Assembly: GCA_965219325.1 (NCBI GenBank)
Contig: OZ244723.1
Span: forward strand, 1,039,963-1,103,962
Reading direction: 5' to 3'
DNA: 64,000 nucleotides
Source of the DNA: Dehalococcoidia bacterium
GTDB taxonomy: Bacteria; Chloroflexota; Dehalococcoidia; Lucifugimonadales; UBA2962
Within the stretch, counting starts at the first letter, position 1, and each line of letters begins with the position of its first letter. Positions 35,270-45,005 of the stretch are shown in pieces. A program made the position numbers and the translations under genes. The notes beneath the pieces are model-generated. The model did not search any database. It saw only the letters and a list, made by a program, of their open reading frames with translations, and was not told where the DNA came from.

Positions 35270-36886
35270 CTAGCCGTCGTAGAGCAGGCGACCGTCTACG
35301 TAGGTCTGCTGAACGACGATCTCGCCGATGTAGTCGGGATCCACGGCGGTGGGGTCGTGGCTGAGCACGACCATGTCCGCCCGCTTTCCGATCTCCAGGG
35401 AGCCCACCTCGTGGTCCCTGTTTACGGCATAGGCCGAACCATTGGTGTATTGCCTTATCGCCTCGGCGGCCGGGATGGCCTGCTCCGGGAACAGCCTTTC
35501 TCCCCCCTTCTGCAGCCGTCTATTGGCCAGGGCTGCGATTCCAATCAGAGGCGGCAGCGGAGCGCACGGGAAATCGGAGCCGGCGGCGATCGTCGCTCCC
35601 GAGTCGACGAGGTCTCGGTATGGATAGGCCGGAAGGTCCAGGCGAAATTCGTCAACGACGCCCTGGAACATCTCCCCGATCGAGTACAGGAACGGTGGCT
35701 GCAGCGACAGCACTATGGGCATCCGTGCGGCCCTGGGGATCTGGGCGGCCCTCGGGAAGCTCATGTGCTCTATTCGGAACCGGAGCAGGTCCGCTCCGCC
35801 AACTTCGTCAATCGCCCTCTCAAAGGCGTTGAGACCCTGGTCGATGGCCCTGTCGCCGATGCAGTGTATTGCAACCTGCAGCCCGTTTCTTGCGGCCGCC
35901 AGCACAAGCTGGTCGACCTCTTCCTGCGTGTAGTAGATCTCGCCCTCCGGCGTCAGGCTGCCGTCCTTATGGCACCTGTTCATGCCATATAACGGGTAGA
36001 CCGGGTCCATGAATAGCTTCATGATGCCCCCCCTTAGCCGGTCCGAGACGTTGTCCTGATCGAACTCTCCCCGCGAAGCGCGCTCGGGCGCCTGGAAGAA
36101 CTGGTCTCCGCCCCTGAGCTGCTGCACGCAGATCGGCAGCTTGCCCTGCGCGTCGGCGATCCGGTACATCTCCGCGCTCGCGGGCATGGTCAGCGCGTCC
36201 CCGATGCTCGTGATCCCGTGAGACAGGTGTCTCATGGCGTTGTGGTGGACCAGGTCGGCCACCGCGTCTTCGCCGTAGTGCTCGATGTGGGCGCGCATGG
36301 ACATGTAGTGGACAGGGTCCATGGCCCGCTCCCAGAGCACGCCGTTGGGCCTTGCGTCGTCCCCCCTGTGGATCCATCCCTTGTGCGGATCGGGCGTTTG
36401 ATCGTCTATTCCCGCGAGCGCGAGGGCAGCCGAGTTCGCGTAGCAGGCATGGTATGAAAAGTCCATGATGCAGACGGGGTTGTTCGGCGCCGCCTCGTCA
36501 AGGTCCTGCCGGGTAAGATCGGTGGCGCCCTCGGTGGTCAGGTGGTTGTATCCCAGACCCCAGACCCACTGGCCCCGGGGGGTTCCGGCCGCCGCGGACG
36601 CAATGCTGTCCAGCACGGCCGTCTTGCTGGAGACGGGGGGCATCCGGCAATCGACCATTACCGGCTCGAAGCTGGTCATGGAAAAGTGATTGTGGGGGTC
36701 TATGAAGCCGGGAGTGACCGTGCGTCCCTGAAGGTGCGCCACCCGGGTGTTCTCGCCGATCAGACGGCGAACGTCCTCGCTCGAGCCGATGGCGGCGAGC
36801 TTTCCGTCCCGCACGGCCAGTGCCTCGGCGGTCGAGTCCCTTCCGTCCATGGTCAGGATCTTTCCGCCCAACATTACAAGGTCCAT
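35270..36886 (-). CDS. amidohydrolase family protein (YtcJ-like metal-dependent hydrolase)
   Basis: GGKILTMDG....AEALAVRDGKL.A.GS and V.PGFIDPHNHF, with H..GD and GSD later. AGGAGG lies upstream of the ATG. Confidence 0.85.
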   Translation of the reverse strand: MDLVMLGGKILTMDGRDSTAEALAVRDGKLAAIGSSEDVRRLIGENTRVAHLQGRTVTPGFIDPHNHFSMTSFEPVMVDCRMPPVSSKTAVLDSIASAAAGTPRGQWVWGLGYNHLTTEGATDLTRQDLDEAAPNNPVCIMDFSYHACYANSAALALAGIDDQTPDPHKGWIHRGDDARPNGVLWERAMDPVHYMSMRAHIEHYGEDAVADLVHHNAMRHLSHGITSIGDALTMPASAEMYRIADAQGKLPICVQQLRGGDQFFQAPERASRGEFDQDNVSDRLRGGIMKLFMDPVYPLYGMNRCHKDGSLTPEGEIYYTQEEVDQLVLAAARNGLQVAIHCIGDRAIDQGLNAFERAIDEVGGADLLRFRIEHMSFPRAAQIPRAARMPIVLSLQPPFLYSIGEMFQGVVDEFRLDLPAYPYRDLVDSGATIAAGSDFPCAPLPPLIGIAALANRRLQKGGERLFPEQAIPAAEAIRQYTNGSAYAVNRDHEVGSLEIGKRADMVVLSHDPTAVDPDYIGEIVVQQTYVDGRLLYDG

Positions 36887-37070
36887 CGATATCCTCCTTA
36901 CAGGGCAGGGGTCCGCGTGGGCACGTTTGAGGCTAAGGAGGCCCGCGAACGCCTGTACGTTGCGGCGCTGCGAGTTTATGTGGCCCGTCTGCGTCAGTCA
37001 AGAAAGCCCCTGCCGCCGGTTGCACGTGCGTGTGTCCCAAGCGACTGCCAGGATCCTGATGGCTGCGAAT

Positions 37071-37100
37071 TTGTGGGCGTCTTGGCCGGGTAGCTATAAT
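37071..37100 (+). promoter_or_regulatory. candidate promoter for the tRNA-Leu/tRNA-Cys unit
   Basis: TTGTGG (37071-37076), 18-nt spacer, consensus TATAAT (37095-37100), 74 nt upstream of tRNA-Leu. Confidence 0.45.
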
Positions 37101-37173
37101 CTCCCTAGTAGCCACGACACTGTTGGCGCGCAGCCGTCCAGAGTGTGGCTCTGATGAGTGCGTGGCAAAGCGC

Positions 37174-37260
37174 GCCGAGGTGGCGGAATTGGTAGACGCG
37201 CAGCGTTGAGGGCGCTGTGGCCGCAAGGCTGTGGGAGTTCGAGTCTCCCCCTCGGCACCA
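37174..37260 (+). tRNA. tRNA-Leu (anticodon GAG), long variable arm, CCA-encoded
   Basis: Acceptor GCCGAGG/CCTCGGC, anticodon stem-loop CAGCG-TTGAGGG-CGCTG, variable arm TGGCCGCAAGGCTGT and T-arm GGGAG-TTCGAGT-CTCCC. Confidence 0.9.
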
Positions 37261-37347
37261 GCCGACTCCCGATCGCCGTAGGCGGCTTGCCGGAGTCCGG
37301 AGCCGGAAAGGCCTCGTGGATTCCGCGACCGCCGGCCCGTCAGATGG

Positions 37348-37424
37348 GGCGCCGTAGCCAAGTGGACTAAGGCGGAGGTCTGCAAAACCTCTATTCGGCG
37401 GTTCGAATCCGCCCGGCGCCTCCA
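37348..37424 (+). tRNA. tRNA-Cys (anticodon GCA), CCA-encoded
   Basis: Acceptor GGCGCCG/CGGCGCC, anticodon stem-loop GAGGT-CTGCAAA-ACCTC and T-arm GGCGG-TTCGAAT-CCGCC. Confidence 0.9.
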
Positions 37425-37547
37425 CTGACTCTCCCGGCGGAGGAGCGAGTCGACATGCATCACGAGGGCAGCGTTGGGAAACCGCCGGTCGATGAGGGCA
37501 GGCCGATGACGTGTGTGAATCAGATTCGCCCGATCGCCCCTGCCCTG

Positions 37548-39272
37548 ATGCCACTGAGAAGCGAGCGAAGCCCGCGTTCCAGGGGTGCCTCATTGAACAG
37601 AATCATGGCCGGAATCGCCATTTTCGCCGTCATTTCCGCCGCCCTGGCGTGCAGCAGTTCGCCCGGATCGTCTCCGGCCGGTCCTTCTGACCCCGCGGGC
37701 CCTTCCGGGCCGGATTCCCAGCCCGCAGCCTCGGCGTCCTCCACCCAGACGTCGTCTGAAGCCATAGCCTCCATGGTCGAGGGCAGACAGTATCACTCTG
37801 TGGTGGTCCTTTCGGACGGGCGCCTGCTGGCGATAGGTGGCAAGGGCATTGCGGCCCAGTCGCACGGCAAGGGCTCCGGCCAGCTGTCGACGGTAGAGGT
37901 CTTCGACCCCGCGGCAAACGAATGGATGCTCACCCAGCGGATGAGCCTACCGAGAGAGCGGCCTGCGGCGGTCACTCTTGTCGATGGCCGCGTGCTCGTT
38001 GCCGGCGGGGCGACCATCGACAGAAACAGCACCCAGGTCGCAGAGATCTGGGATCCCGCCACGGGCCAGTGGACCAGGATCGACTCAATGAACCAGGCCC
38101 GGGAGAAGATGCCGGTCGTCCTCCTGCAAGACGGGCGCGTCATGGTCATCGGCGGAGCTGACTCGGAGGCGCAGCGCAGCGCAACCGCAGAGATATTCGA
38201 TCCGGATTCGGGCACCTGGAGCGAGGTGGCCTCAATGGCGGAAAAGCGCATCTGGCACACCGCCACGGTCCTGGCCGACGGTCGAGTCCTGGTGACCGGT
38301 GGAGGCAGCCCCGACGGTCCCTTCCTCGCGTCGGCGGAGATCTTCAATCCGGAGACGGGGGCCTGGTCGTCGGCGGGCAGCATGAACGTTTCGCGCTCCC
38401 AGCACACTGCGACGCTGATGGCCGACGGTCGCGTGCTGGTGGTCGGAGGCCGCGGCAAGAGGCAGAGCTCCGAGGTGTACGATCCGGAGGCCAACGCGTG
38501 GCTTACGGTGGCGGAAACCAACTCGCCGAGGGCCGAACATGTCGCGGTTGCCCTCCCGGACGGAGGAGTCCTGATCGCCGGAGGATCGGGCAACATCGAT
38601 TCGATCGAGGTATATGACCCGATCACGGCCACGTGGACCGAGACGGGCAAGATGGTGCTCAGCCGGTACCGATTTTCAGCGGCCAAGCTGGCGGACGGTC
38701 GAGTCGCCCTGGTGGGAGGACAGGGAAGGGACAAGGTGCTGGCGGAGAGCGAGGCGGTCGTCGCACCGGACGCGGGCCGCTCACCTGACGACCTGCTTGC
38801 GGCGGCCTCAGCCGCGCGGGCTGACGCTGCGGAGATTCTTGCCAATGCGACGCCAACCCCCTTGCCGACCCCGACCCCTGAGCGCCAGCGGGGCGTGACC
38901 ACGGGAGAGGGGCTGGATGTCGAATTCCCTGATGCGATCGAGTCCGATCCCTCCGGCTCGACTCAGGTGCCGCTCAACCAGCCCGTCAAGCTGTCCCTCG
39001 GGCAAAGCGTGACCAGCCCCGACCCGAGCACGGGCGCAACCGCAACCTTCCTTGAACTGGTGGAGGACAACCGGGAGGACGGCGGTACGGCGACGGTGAA
39101 GGTGGACATGCGGCTCACGGGCTTTGAGCAGGGAGCGACCGACGTGATTCTGGACCCGGCACGGCCCGAGCTGAGGCTCAAGAAGCTGGGCCGCATCTGG
39201 GTGGGAGTGCTCGAGCTGGCGTTGGACGCCGGCGGGAGCCCGGTCGCCACGGTGGTCATATTCGTGCCCTAG
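37548..39272 (+). CDS. Kelch-repeat (7-bladed beta-propeller) lipoprotein with unassigned C-terminal module, paralog 1
   Basis: The start is ambiguous (ATG 37455, 37506, 37548 or 37605). Lipobox ISAALAC. Seven DGR(V/L)L(V/A).GG blades. A TPTPLPTPTP linker is followed by ~150 aa ending PELRLKKLGRIWVGVLELALDAGGSPVATVVIFVP. Confidence 0.8.
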   Translation: MPLRSERSPRSRGASLNRIMAGIAIFAVISAALACSSSPGSSPAGPSDPAGPSGPDSQPAASASSTQTSSEAIASMVEGRQYHSVVVLSDGRLLAIGGKGIAAQSHGKGSGQLSTVEVFDPAANEWMLTQRMSLPRERPAAVTLVDGRVLVAGGATIDRNSTQVAEIWDPATGQWTRIDSMNQAREKMPVVLLQDGRVMVIGGADSEAQRSATAEIFDPDSGTWSEVASMAEKRIWHTATVLADGRVLVTGGGSPDGPFLASAEIFNPETGAWSSAGSMNVSRSQHTATLMADGRVLVVGGRGKRQSSEVYDPEANAWLTVAETNSPRAEHVAVALPDGGVLIAGGSGNIDSIEVYDPITATWTETGKMVLSRYRFSAAKLADGRVALVGGQGRDKVLAESEAVVAPDAGRSPDDLLAAASAARADAAEILANATPTPLPTPTPERQRGVTTGEGLDVEFPDAIESDPSGSTQVPLNQPVKLSLGQSVTSPDPSTGATATFLELVEDNREDGGTATVKVDMRLTGFEQGATDVILDPARPELRLKKLGRIWVGVLELALDAGGSPVATVVIFVP

Positions 39273-39540
39273 GGGGCTCGCTGCATTGCTATAGCCGTCG
39301 GGCGCCACATGCCCCGGTCGGCGGCGCCGGCATGGTTCCACCGCAGCGGATCCTGCGGGCCTCCCCCTGACAGGCTGCCTGAGGCCGGGAAAAGCGAGAG
39401 TCTCCAGCGATCTCGGACCACCGATGGGCCCGCCGCCGTGACTGGCTGGCGTCGACGCCGATTGATGGCGATTTGCCGATTGTGTAACATTTCACACTTG
39501 TTTGCTGATTCTTAACTATTCGGTATCTGAGGGAACATCA

Positions 39541-41226
39541 ATGACGAAACTTGCCGCCGTCCTCGTCGCTCTTGTCGCAATGCTGTCAGTGGTTGCTTGC
39601 GGCAGCTCACCCGCAGCAACGCCCGCCGAGCCGGGAGATACCGGGAACAGTTCCGGTACGAAGGCCGAGACCAAAGCCCCCGCCGTGGATCCGGCCAGGG
39701 AGGTCGGTAGCGAGTCGATTGCCTCCATGCTGGAGGGCCGCCAGTACCATGCAATGACGGCCCTACCGGACGGAAGGCTGCTGGTTGTCGCGGGCAAGGG
39801 CATCGCCGCCCAGTCGAGTGGTTACGGCTCCGGCCATCTGGACACTGCCGAGGTGTTCGACCCATCCGCCAACGAGTGGCTGCGCGCCGGGCAGATGGGA
39901 ATCTTCAGGGAACGGCCGGCGGCCGTAACCCTGAGTGACGGACGGGTGCTCGTTACGGGCGGCGCCACCGTGAACAGGAACAGCACCGCGTTCACAGAGA
40001 TCTGGGATCCGGCGACCGGCCGGTGGACCGAAGTGGCTCCGATGAACCAGGCACGCGAGAAAATGCCCCTCATACTGCTAAGCGACGGACGCGTCATGGC
40101 CATCGGTGGTACCGACGACGAGGCGCAGCGCACCGCGACTGCCGAGATATACGACCCTGAGGCCGATGCCTGGACGGAGGCCGAATCCATGTCCGAAAAG
40201 CGCATCTGGCATACCGCCACGGTGCTGCCTGACGGGCGAGTCCTGGTCACCGGGGGCGGCAATCCTGACGGGCCCTTCCTCGCATCGGCGGAGATCTTCG
40301 ATCCGGAGACCGGAACCTGGTCATCGGCCGGCGAGATGAACCAATCCAGGTCTCAGCACACGGCCACGCTGATGGCCGACGGCCGGGTGCTGGTGGTTGG
40401 AGGCCGCGGCAAGCGGCAGAGTTCGGAGGTCTACGATCCCGAGATCAACGCCTGGCATTCCCTGGCGCAGACCGCCGCACCGCGAGCCGAGCACGTTGCG
40501 GTCGCCCTGCCCGATGGTGGAGTTCTGATCGCGGGGGGCTCTGGCAACATAGACTCTGTCGAGGTTTACGACCCGGTCGAGGCCGCATGGACAGAGGTCG
40601 GCACCATGCGCTTCAGCCGATACCGGTTTGTGGCGGCGACGCTCCCGGACGGCCGCGTGGCGCTGGTCGGAGGGCAGGGCAAGGACAAGCTGCTTGCCGA
40701 GAGCGAGGCATTTACCCCGCCGGCCAGCGGGCGCAGCCAGGACGAACTCCTGGCCGCGGCCGAGGTGGCTCGCCAGGAGGCTTCGCAGGCCATAGCCAGC
40801 GCGACGCCGACACCGGTGCCGACACCGACGCCCGAGAAGGAGCGCCAGTCCACCACCGGCGAGGGTCTTGACATCCAGTTCCCGTCGGCGGTCTCCTCCG
40901 AGGCTTCCGGGAGGACTCAGGTACCCCTGAGCCAGCCCGTAAGGCTCGCCCTGGAGCAGGCCGTGATTAGCCCTGACCCCAGCTCGGGCGCCACCGCGAC
41001 GTTTGCGGAGGTGGTCGAAGACAACCGGGCGGATGGAGGTACCGCGACCGTCAGGGTCGATATACGCATGGCGTTCTTCGAGCAGGGAGCGACCGACCTC
41101 ATCCTCGATCCCGAACAGCCCGAGTTGAGGCTAAAGAAGCTGGGTCGAATCTGGGTGGGCGTTCTCGATCTGGAGCAGGACGCCGCGGGCAATCCCATCG
41201 CCACCGTGGTCATATTCGTGCCCTAA
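39541..41226 (+). CDS. Kelch-repeat lipoprotein with the same C-terminal module, paralog 2
   Basis: ORF track 39502 trimmed to MTKLAAVLVALVAMLSVVAC. It is collinear with paralog 1 over its whole length and ends PELRLKKLGRIWVGVLDLEQDAAGNPIATVVIFVP. Confidence 0.85.
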   Translation: MTKLAAVLVALVAMLSVVACGSSPAATPAEPGDTGNSSGTKAETKAPAVDPAREVGSESIASMLEGRQYHAMTALPDGRLLVVAGKGIAAQSSGYGSGHLDTAEVFDPSANEWLRAGQMGIFRERPAAVTLSDGRVLVTGGATVNRNSTAFTEIWDPATGRWTEVAPMNQAREKMPLILLSDGRVMAIGGTDDEAQRTATAEIYDPEADAWTEAESMSEKRIWHTATVLPDGRVLVTGGGNPDGPFLASAEIFDPETGTWSSAGEMNQSRSQHTATLMADGRVLVVGGRGKRQSSEVYDPEINAWHSLAQTAAPRAEHVAVALPDGGVLIAGGSGNIDSVEVYDPVEAAWTEVGTMRFSRYRFVAATLPDGRVALVGGQGKDKLLAESEAFTPPASGRSQDELLAAAEVARQEASQAIASATPTPVPTPTPEKERQSTTGEGLDIQFPSAVSSEASGRTQVPLSQPVRLALEQAVISPDPSSGATATFAEVVEDNRADGGTATVRVDIRMAFFEQGATDLILDPEQPELRLKKLGRIWVGVLDLEQDAAGNPIATVVIFVP

Positions 41227-41236
41227 GGGCACCGGG

Positions 41237-42463
41237 TCACTGCTCGCCGTAGATCTCCATGGTCGCCAGCATCCCGTCCTTGCTGGTGCCCCCCATGATG
41301 AGGGTGCGGCCGTCGTTAAGGCGGATGGCGCCGTGACGATATCGGCCCGTGCCAAGTGACTGTCCGGTCGTCCAGGTGCCTTCCAGAGGGTCGAAGAACT
41401 CGCTCGTCGCCAGGTAACCGGTGCCGCCGGCGACCATGACGGTGCCGTCGGCAAGCAGTGTCGCAGAGTGTTCGCTGCGCGGGTCCGTAGTCTCGCCTGC
41501 TGCACTCCAGGCATCCAGTTCAGGGTCGTACAACTCGGCCGCCCTGATCTTGCCCTTGCCGCCTATAACCAGTACGCGGCCGTCTTTGAGGAGCGTTGCC
41601 GTGTGGAAGGCGCGGCCGCGGGACATCTCTGCCGCCAGCGTCCACTTGTCGGCGGCCGGATCGTAGATCTCGGCGGATTTGAGGTAGGGCCCGTCCAGCT
41701 TGCCGCCTCCGGTGACCAGCACGCGACCGTCGGCAAGGACGGTGGCGGTGTGATTGGCACGCTCATCTAGCATGGGCGCCACGTCAGACCAGGTTCCCGC
41801 CTGCGGGTCGTAGGCCTCGGTTTCGGCGGTAAGTGCGATCAGGTGTCCATCCTGGTTCTTGCTCGTGCCGCCTATCATTAGGAACCGGCCGTCCCCCAAG
41901 ACGACCGGCCCCATCAGGTCGTGGGGCCGGTTCATGGCGGGACCCAGAGTCCATTCGCCGGTATCAGGGTCCCAGATCTCAGTGGAAGCGAGCGGCTCTC
42001 GCTGTCCGCTGAGTCCGCCGGCGACCATGACGTGCCCGTCCGGAAGCTCGAAGAGCGCCGGGGATCTGCGCTGCTCGCTCATCTCGCTCGTAAAGGTCCA
42101 CACCGTGTCGGTCGGGTCGAAGACCTCCGCCGTCTCGTTGTAGTTGCCGCTCTGGGCCTGAAGGCCGACGGCCCTGCCACCCGCCGCGAGCAGCCTGCCG
42201 TCGCTCATCTTGACCGTCGCAAATCGCTCCCGCCTCGATTTCATGTCGGGGCCGCCTTCAAACTCTACGATCGTGGCCCGGCTGGACCGCGCCTGGGTGG
42301 TGTCCTCGTCGGAGCCGTCTTTCGGGGGGGCCTCGCCTCCTGAACAGCCGACCAGGAGGGTGCCCGCCAGGACCAGGATCGCCCCAAGGGCCGTCATGCC
42401 CCTAACGGGAGCACGCGGGGGCACGACTGGATGACATGGCCGCCGGGTGCCTGATCGGGTCAT
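41237..42463 (-). CDS. Kelch-repeat (7-bladed) lipoprotein lacking the C-terminal module, paralog 3
   Basis: The start is ATG 42463 or 42397. Lipobox GTLLVGC. Seven DG..L..GG blades. It converges on paralog 2 with a 10-nt gap. Confidence 0.8.
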   Translation of the reverse strand: MTRSGTRRPCHPVVPPRAPVRGMTALGAILVLAGTLLVGCSGGEAPPKDGSDEDTTQARSSRATIVEFEGGPDMKSRRERFATVKMSDGRLLAAGGRAVGLQAQSGNYNETAEVFDPTDTVWTFTSEMSEQRRSPALFELPDGHVMVAGGLSGQREPLASTEIWDPDTGEWTLGPAMNRPHDLMGPVVLGDGRFLMIGGTSKNQDGHLIALTAETEAYDPQAGTWSDVAPMLDERANHTATVLADGRVLVTGGGKLDGPYLKSAEIYDPAADKWTLAAEMSRGRAFHTATLLKDGRVLVIGGKGKIRAAELYDPELDAWSAAGETTDPRSEHSATLLADGTVMVAGGTGYLATSEFFDPLEGTWTTGQSLGTGRYRHGAIRLNDGRTLIMGGTSKDGMLATMEIYGEQ

Positions 42464-42690
42464 CCTGAAGGGTCGCCGCCCGGCGATCAGTCGTGTGTCT
42501 GGGTTATGCATTTCCACCCCGGGAATCGAGAGAGATAGGCGCCTTACCCGCTCCAAACATGGCGCGCCAACGCGGGCCTGAGCCTAAGTGTACCGGCCGG
42601 ACCCGGCAACCAGAGCAATATGCCGATTCGCCGACACACGTTGGGTTACAATCCCAACCGTCCAGGCCACATGATGGTCAGGAGGATGAG

Positions 42691-43344
42691 ATGAATTTGC
42701 TACGAACACGATTCGGGATTCTGTGTCTGGTTGCCGGGGTTGCCATTCTCTGGTCGGCCGCCTGCGGCGGGGAAGAGCCGGCTCCCACTCCGGCCCCGAC
42801 GAACACACCCGTCCCAACTGCGACAGCGACTCCCACGCCCGAGCCAACCGCCACCCCTACGCCCGAGCCCACAGCGACTCCCACGCCCGAGCCCACGGCT
42901 ACCCCCACGCCTGAGCCCACGGCTACCCCCACGCCTGAGGCCATGCCAGAGCCCGAGCCCACCGAGGCGGCTCCGACCCCGTCTGCAGAGGTGATGGACG
43001 AGGACGCGGCGATGACGGACGAGGAGGAAGAGGCTCCTCTGGCGACGGACGCCGCCTCTCTCGTCGGATCCTGGAAGGGCGGGATGCTCGCCATGGGACT
43101 TCAGATCCCCTTCACCATCGATTTCGCGCTTGAAGGAGATGCCCTGACCGGGCTCATTAGTGTGCCGGCCCAAGGGGTCGAGAATGCTCCCCTGACCGAT
43201 ATCACCCTGGAGGCCGGCATGCTTGTCATCAAAGATGAGGAGTCGGGAATGGTACTGGACGCAGAGTACGATGGCGTGCAGATCAAGGGGACGTTCTCGG
43301 TCCAGGACTTCCAGTTCGGATTCACCATGACGCGCGCCGAGTAG
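42691..43344 (+). CDS. lipoprotein with (TPEPTATP)n linker and small beta-rich C-terminal domain
   Basis: ORF track 42493 trimmed to ATG 42691, with GGAGGA 5 nt upstream. [25 protein letters not shown], then a tandem PT repeat and an acidic stretch, then [20 protein letters not shown]....L.G.ISVPAQG. Confidence 0.75.
   Translation: MNLLRTRFGILCLVAGVAILWSAACGGEEPAPTPAPTNTPVPTATATPTPEPTATPTPEPTATPTPEPTATPTPEPTATPTPEAMPEPEPTEAAPTPSAEVMDEDAAMTDEEEEAPLATDAASLVGSWKGGMLAMGLQIPFTIDFALEGDALTGLISVPAQGVENAPLTDITLEAGMLVIKDEESGMVLDAEYDGVQIKGTFSVQDFQFGFTMTRAE
42817..42939 (+). repeat. 24-bp in-frame tandem repeat (about 4.5 units) encoding TPEPTATP
   Basis: Units run from 42835: acgcccgagccaaccgccacccct / acgcccgagcccacagcgactccc / acgcccgagcccacggctaccccc / acgcctgagcccacggctaccccc / acgcctgag. 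Confidence 0.9.
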
Positions 43345-43559
43345 GAGGCCAACCGGACCTGGAGTAGGTTTCCCGGCAGACCCGCGACGGCTCGCGCCGG
43401 GACGGGAGCCGTAGGCACAGATCCGTTCCTGCGTAGCTGAATTGGGCTCCCAGCCCAGGCCCGGGACCACGTTGTCCACACTGCGCTCGGTTAAGTGGCG
43501 CGGTGGATGGGATCGATGTCGGAGGCCTCTCGAGGCGGCCTCGGGAGTGGTCCCGCCGA

Positions 43560-44648
43560 CTATCCGTGACGTTCCCGCAGGATCTGCGCCGCCTCCACTT
43601 GCCTGGTCAGCTTGAGATAGCACTCGTCCAGGGGAATGTCATGGCGTATGTCGGGGGCGAACCCGCAGTCCGGGTTCAGGCTCAGCCGCCCGGCGTCGAC
43701 GTATTTCATTGCCTCCTCGACCCGGGCCACTATGTCTTTGGCAGCGGGAATCGCCTCTGAACGGGGGTCAAGGCATCCCAGTCCGATCAGCTTGTCGTCG
43801 GGCAGCTGCCCGAGTATGGACACGCTCCCGGCGACCGGTATCGAGAACTCCATAACGAACTGGTCGACATCGATCCTGTTGAGTGTGTCGACGATTGGCT
43901 CGTATCCACCCTCCCATTGCCAGCCGCGGCTGAGCGAGTTCCACCGGCACATGTGCATGCTGATGCGAACCCCATCGATCCCTTCGATCATCTCGTTGAT
44001 CTTGCTCGCCCCCAGGTCCAGGTCGTACTGGCGGTCCCCGTAGACGGGCTCACGCCTGGGATCCAGCAGGACCGCGAGGTCGGGTTCGTCGACCTGGATC
44101 ACGTCCACTCCGGCGTCGCGCAGGGCCAGCACCTCATCGCGCAATATGGGTACCAGCGCATCTACGAAATCCCTCCTCTCGGGATAGGCGGCCTTCGAGT
44201 ATTCGGGGTCCCAGAGGCGTGCGCCCAGGATGTATGGCGAGGGTATGCAGACCTTGGTCGCCACTCGACCGTCGGTCCTGCCGAGGAGGAATCGCGCCTC
44301 CTCGGCAAGCAGCCCCGGCCTGACGACCTGTAGGGGTTCTGTGACGAAGATCCCGAAGCGTATTCCCGGTCTCGGATCGACCGCGAAGCCGGTGCACAAG
44401 TCGGCCACCACGTGTGTGTAAGCGTGGCGGCGCCACTCCCCGTCGGTTACAAGGTCCAGGCCCGCAGCCTCCTGTACCGTGATCGCGTAGCCGACCGCCG
44501 CGTCCATCTGCGCAGTGCGCGCCGCTCTGGCCGACTCCGGTCCCGGTGAGGACGGCAGCATGTCCCGAACCGGCGCGGTCCGCGGGAGGCTTCCGACCAC
44601 CCCCGTCGCGAATGGGGTGTCAAGTCTGCTGTTCGTTGTGCTTGGCAT
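43560..44648 (-). CDS. cobalamin-independent methionine synthase family protein (MetE C-terminal domain-like)
   Basis: VGSLPR, TDGEWRR, IQVDEPDL, SMHMC and NPDCGF are the Meth_synt_2 pattern. The substrate is not inferable. Confidence 0.75.
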   Translation of the reverse strand: MPSTTNSRLDTPFATGVVGSLPRTAPVRDMLPSSPGPESARAARTAQMDAAVGYAITVQEAAGLDLVTDGEWRRHAYTHVVADLCTGFAVDPRPGIRFGIFVTEPLQVVRPGLLAEEARFLLGRTDGRVATKVCIPSPYILGARLWDPEYSKAAYPERRDFVDALVPILRDEVLALRDAGVDVIQVDEPDLAVLLDPRREPVYGDRQYDLDLGASKINEMIEGIDGVRISMHMCRWNSLSRGWQWEGGYEPIVDTLNRIDVDQFVMEFSIPVAGSVSILGQLPDDKLIGLGCLDPRSEAIPAAKDIVARVEEAMKYVDAGRLSLNPDCGFAPDIRHDIPLDECYLKLTRQVEAAQILRERHG

Positions 44649-45005
44649 CTATCTCCTCCTGGCCGCTTCCAACTTCAGGGATCCTGCGACGCTTCGTACT
44701 TTCCTAGGTGACCCTATCTTAGCCTTGTCGACGACACATTCCGGGCCATGCCCGCAGTTGACGCTCCCGTCCCTATGGCGCATCTGGTCATGGACCCACA
44801 CGACCGGTTTGCCGACCGTAGGACTGGTCCTGCGGTCGTCGCCTTTTGTGACTTGGATTTCAGGACCCTTAGGCGCCTTGGAACAAAATCGAGGCGCGGC
44901 ACGTCTTATGCAACAGGGATTCCCTGTGTGGGTACGCCCCCCAGGTCTGACACCGTGCGACTCGCGAGATGGGGCGGCGACAGCTAGATGTTAAGGAGGG
45001 AAGAG

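Noticed and set aside
42817-42939. Regularly spaced 24-bp repeats (could be mistaken for a mini CRISPR-like array).
   Set aside because: The units are contiguous with no spacers. They are in frame and encode a TPEPTATP linker inside a lipoprotein gene.
44649-45005. Looked for a cobalamin or SAM riboswitch upstream of the MetE-like gene.
   Set aside because: No B12 box or SAM-I/II hallmark strings were seen on the minus strand. This cannot be excluded without a covariance-model scan.
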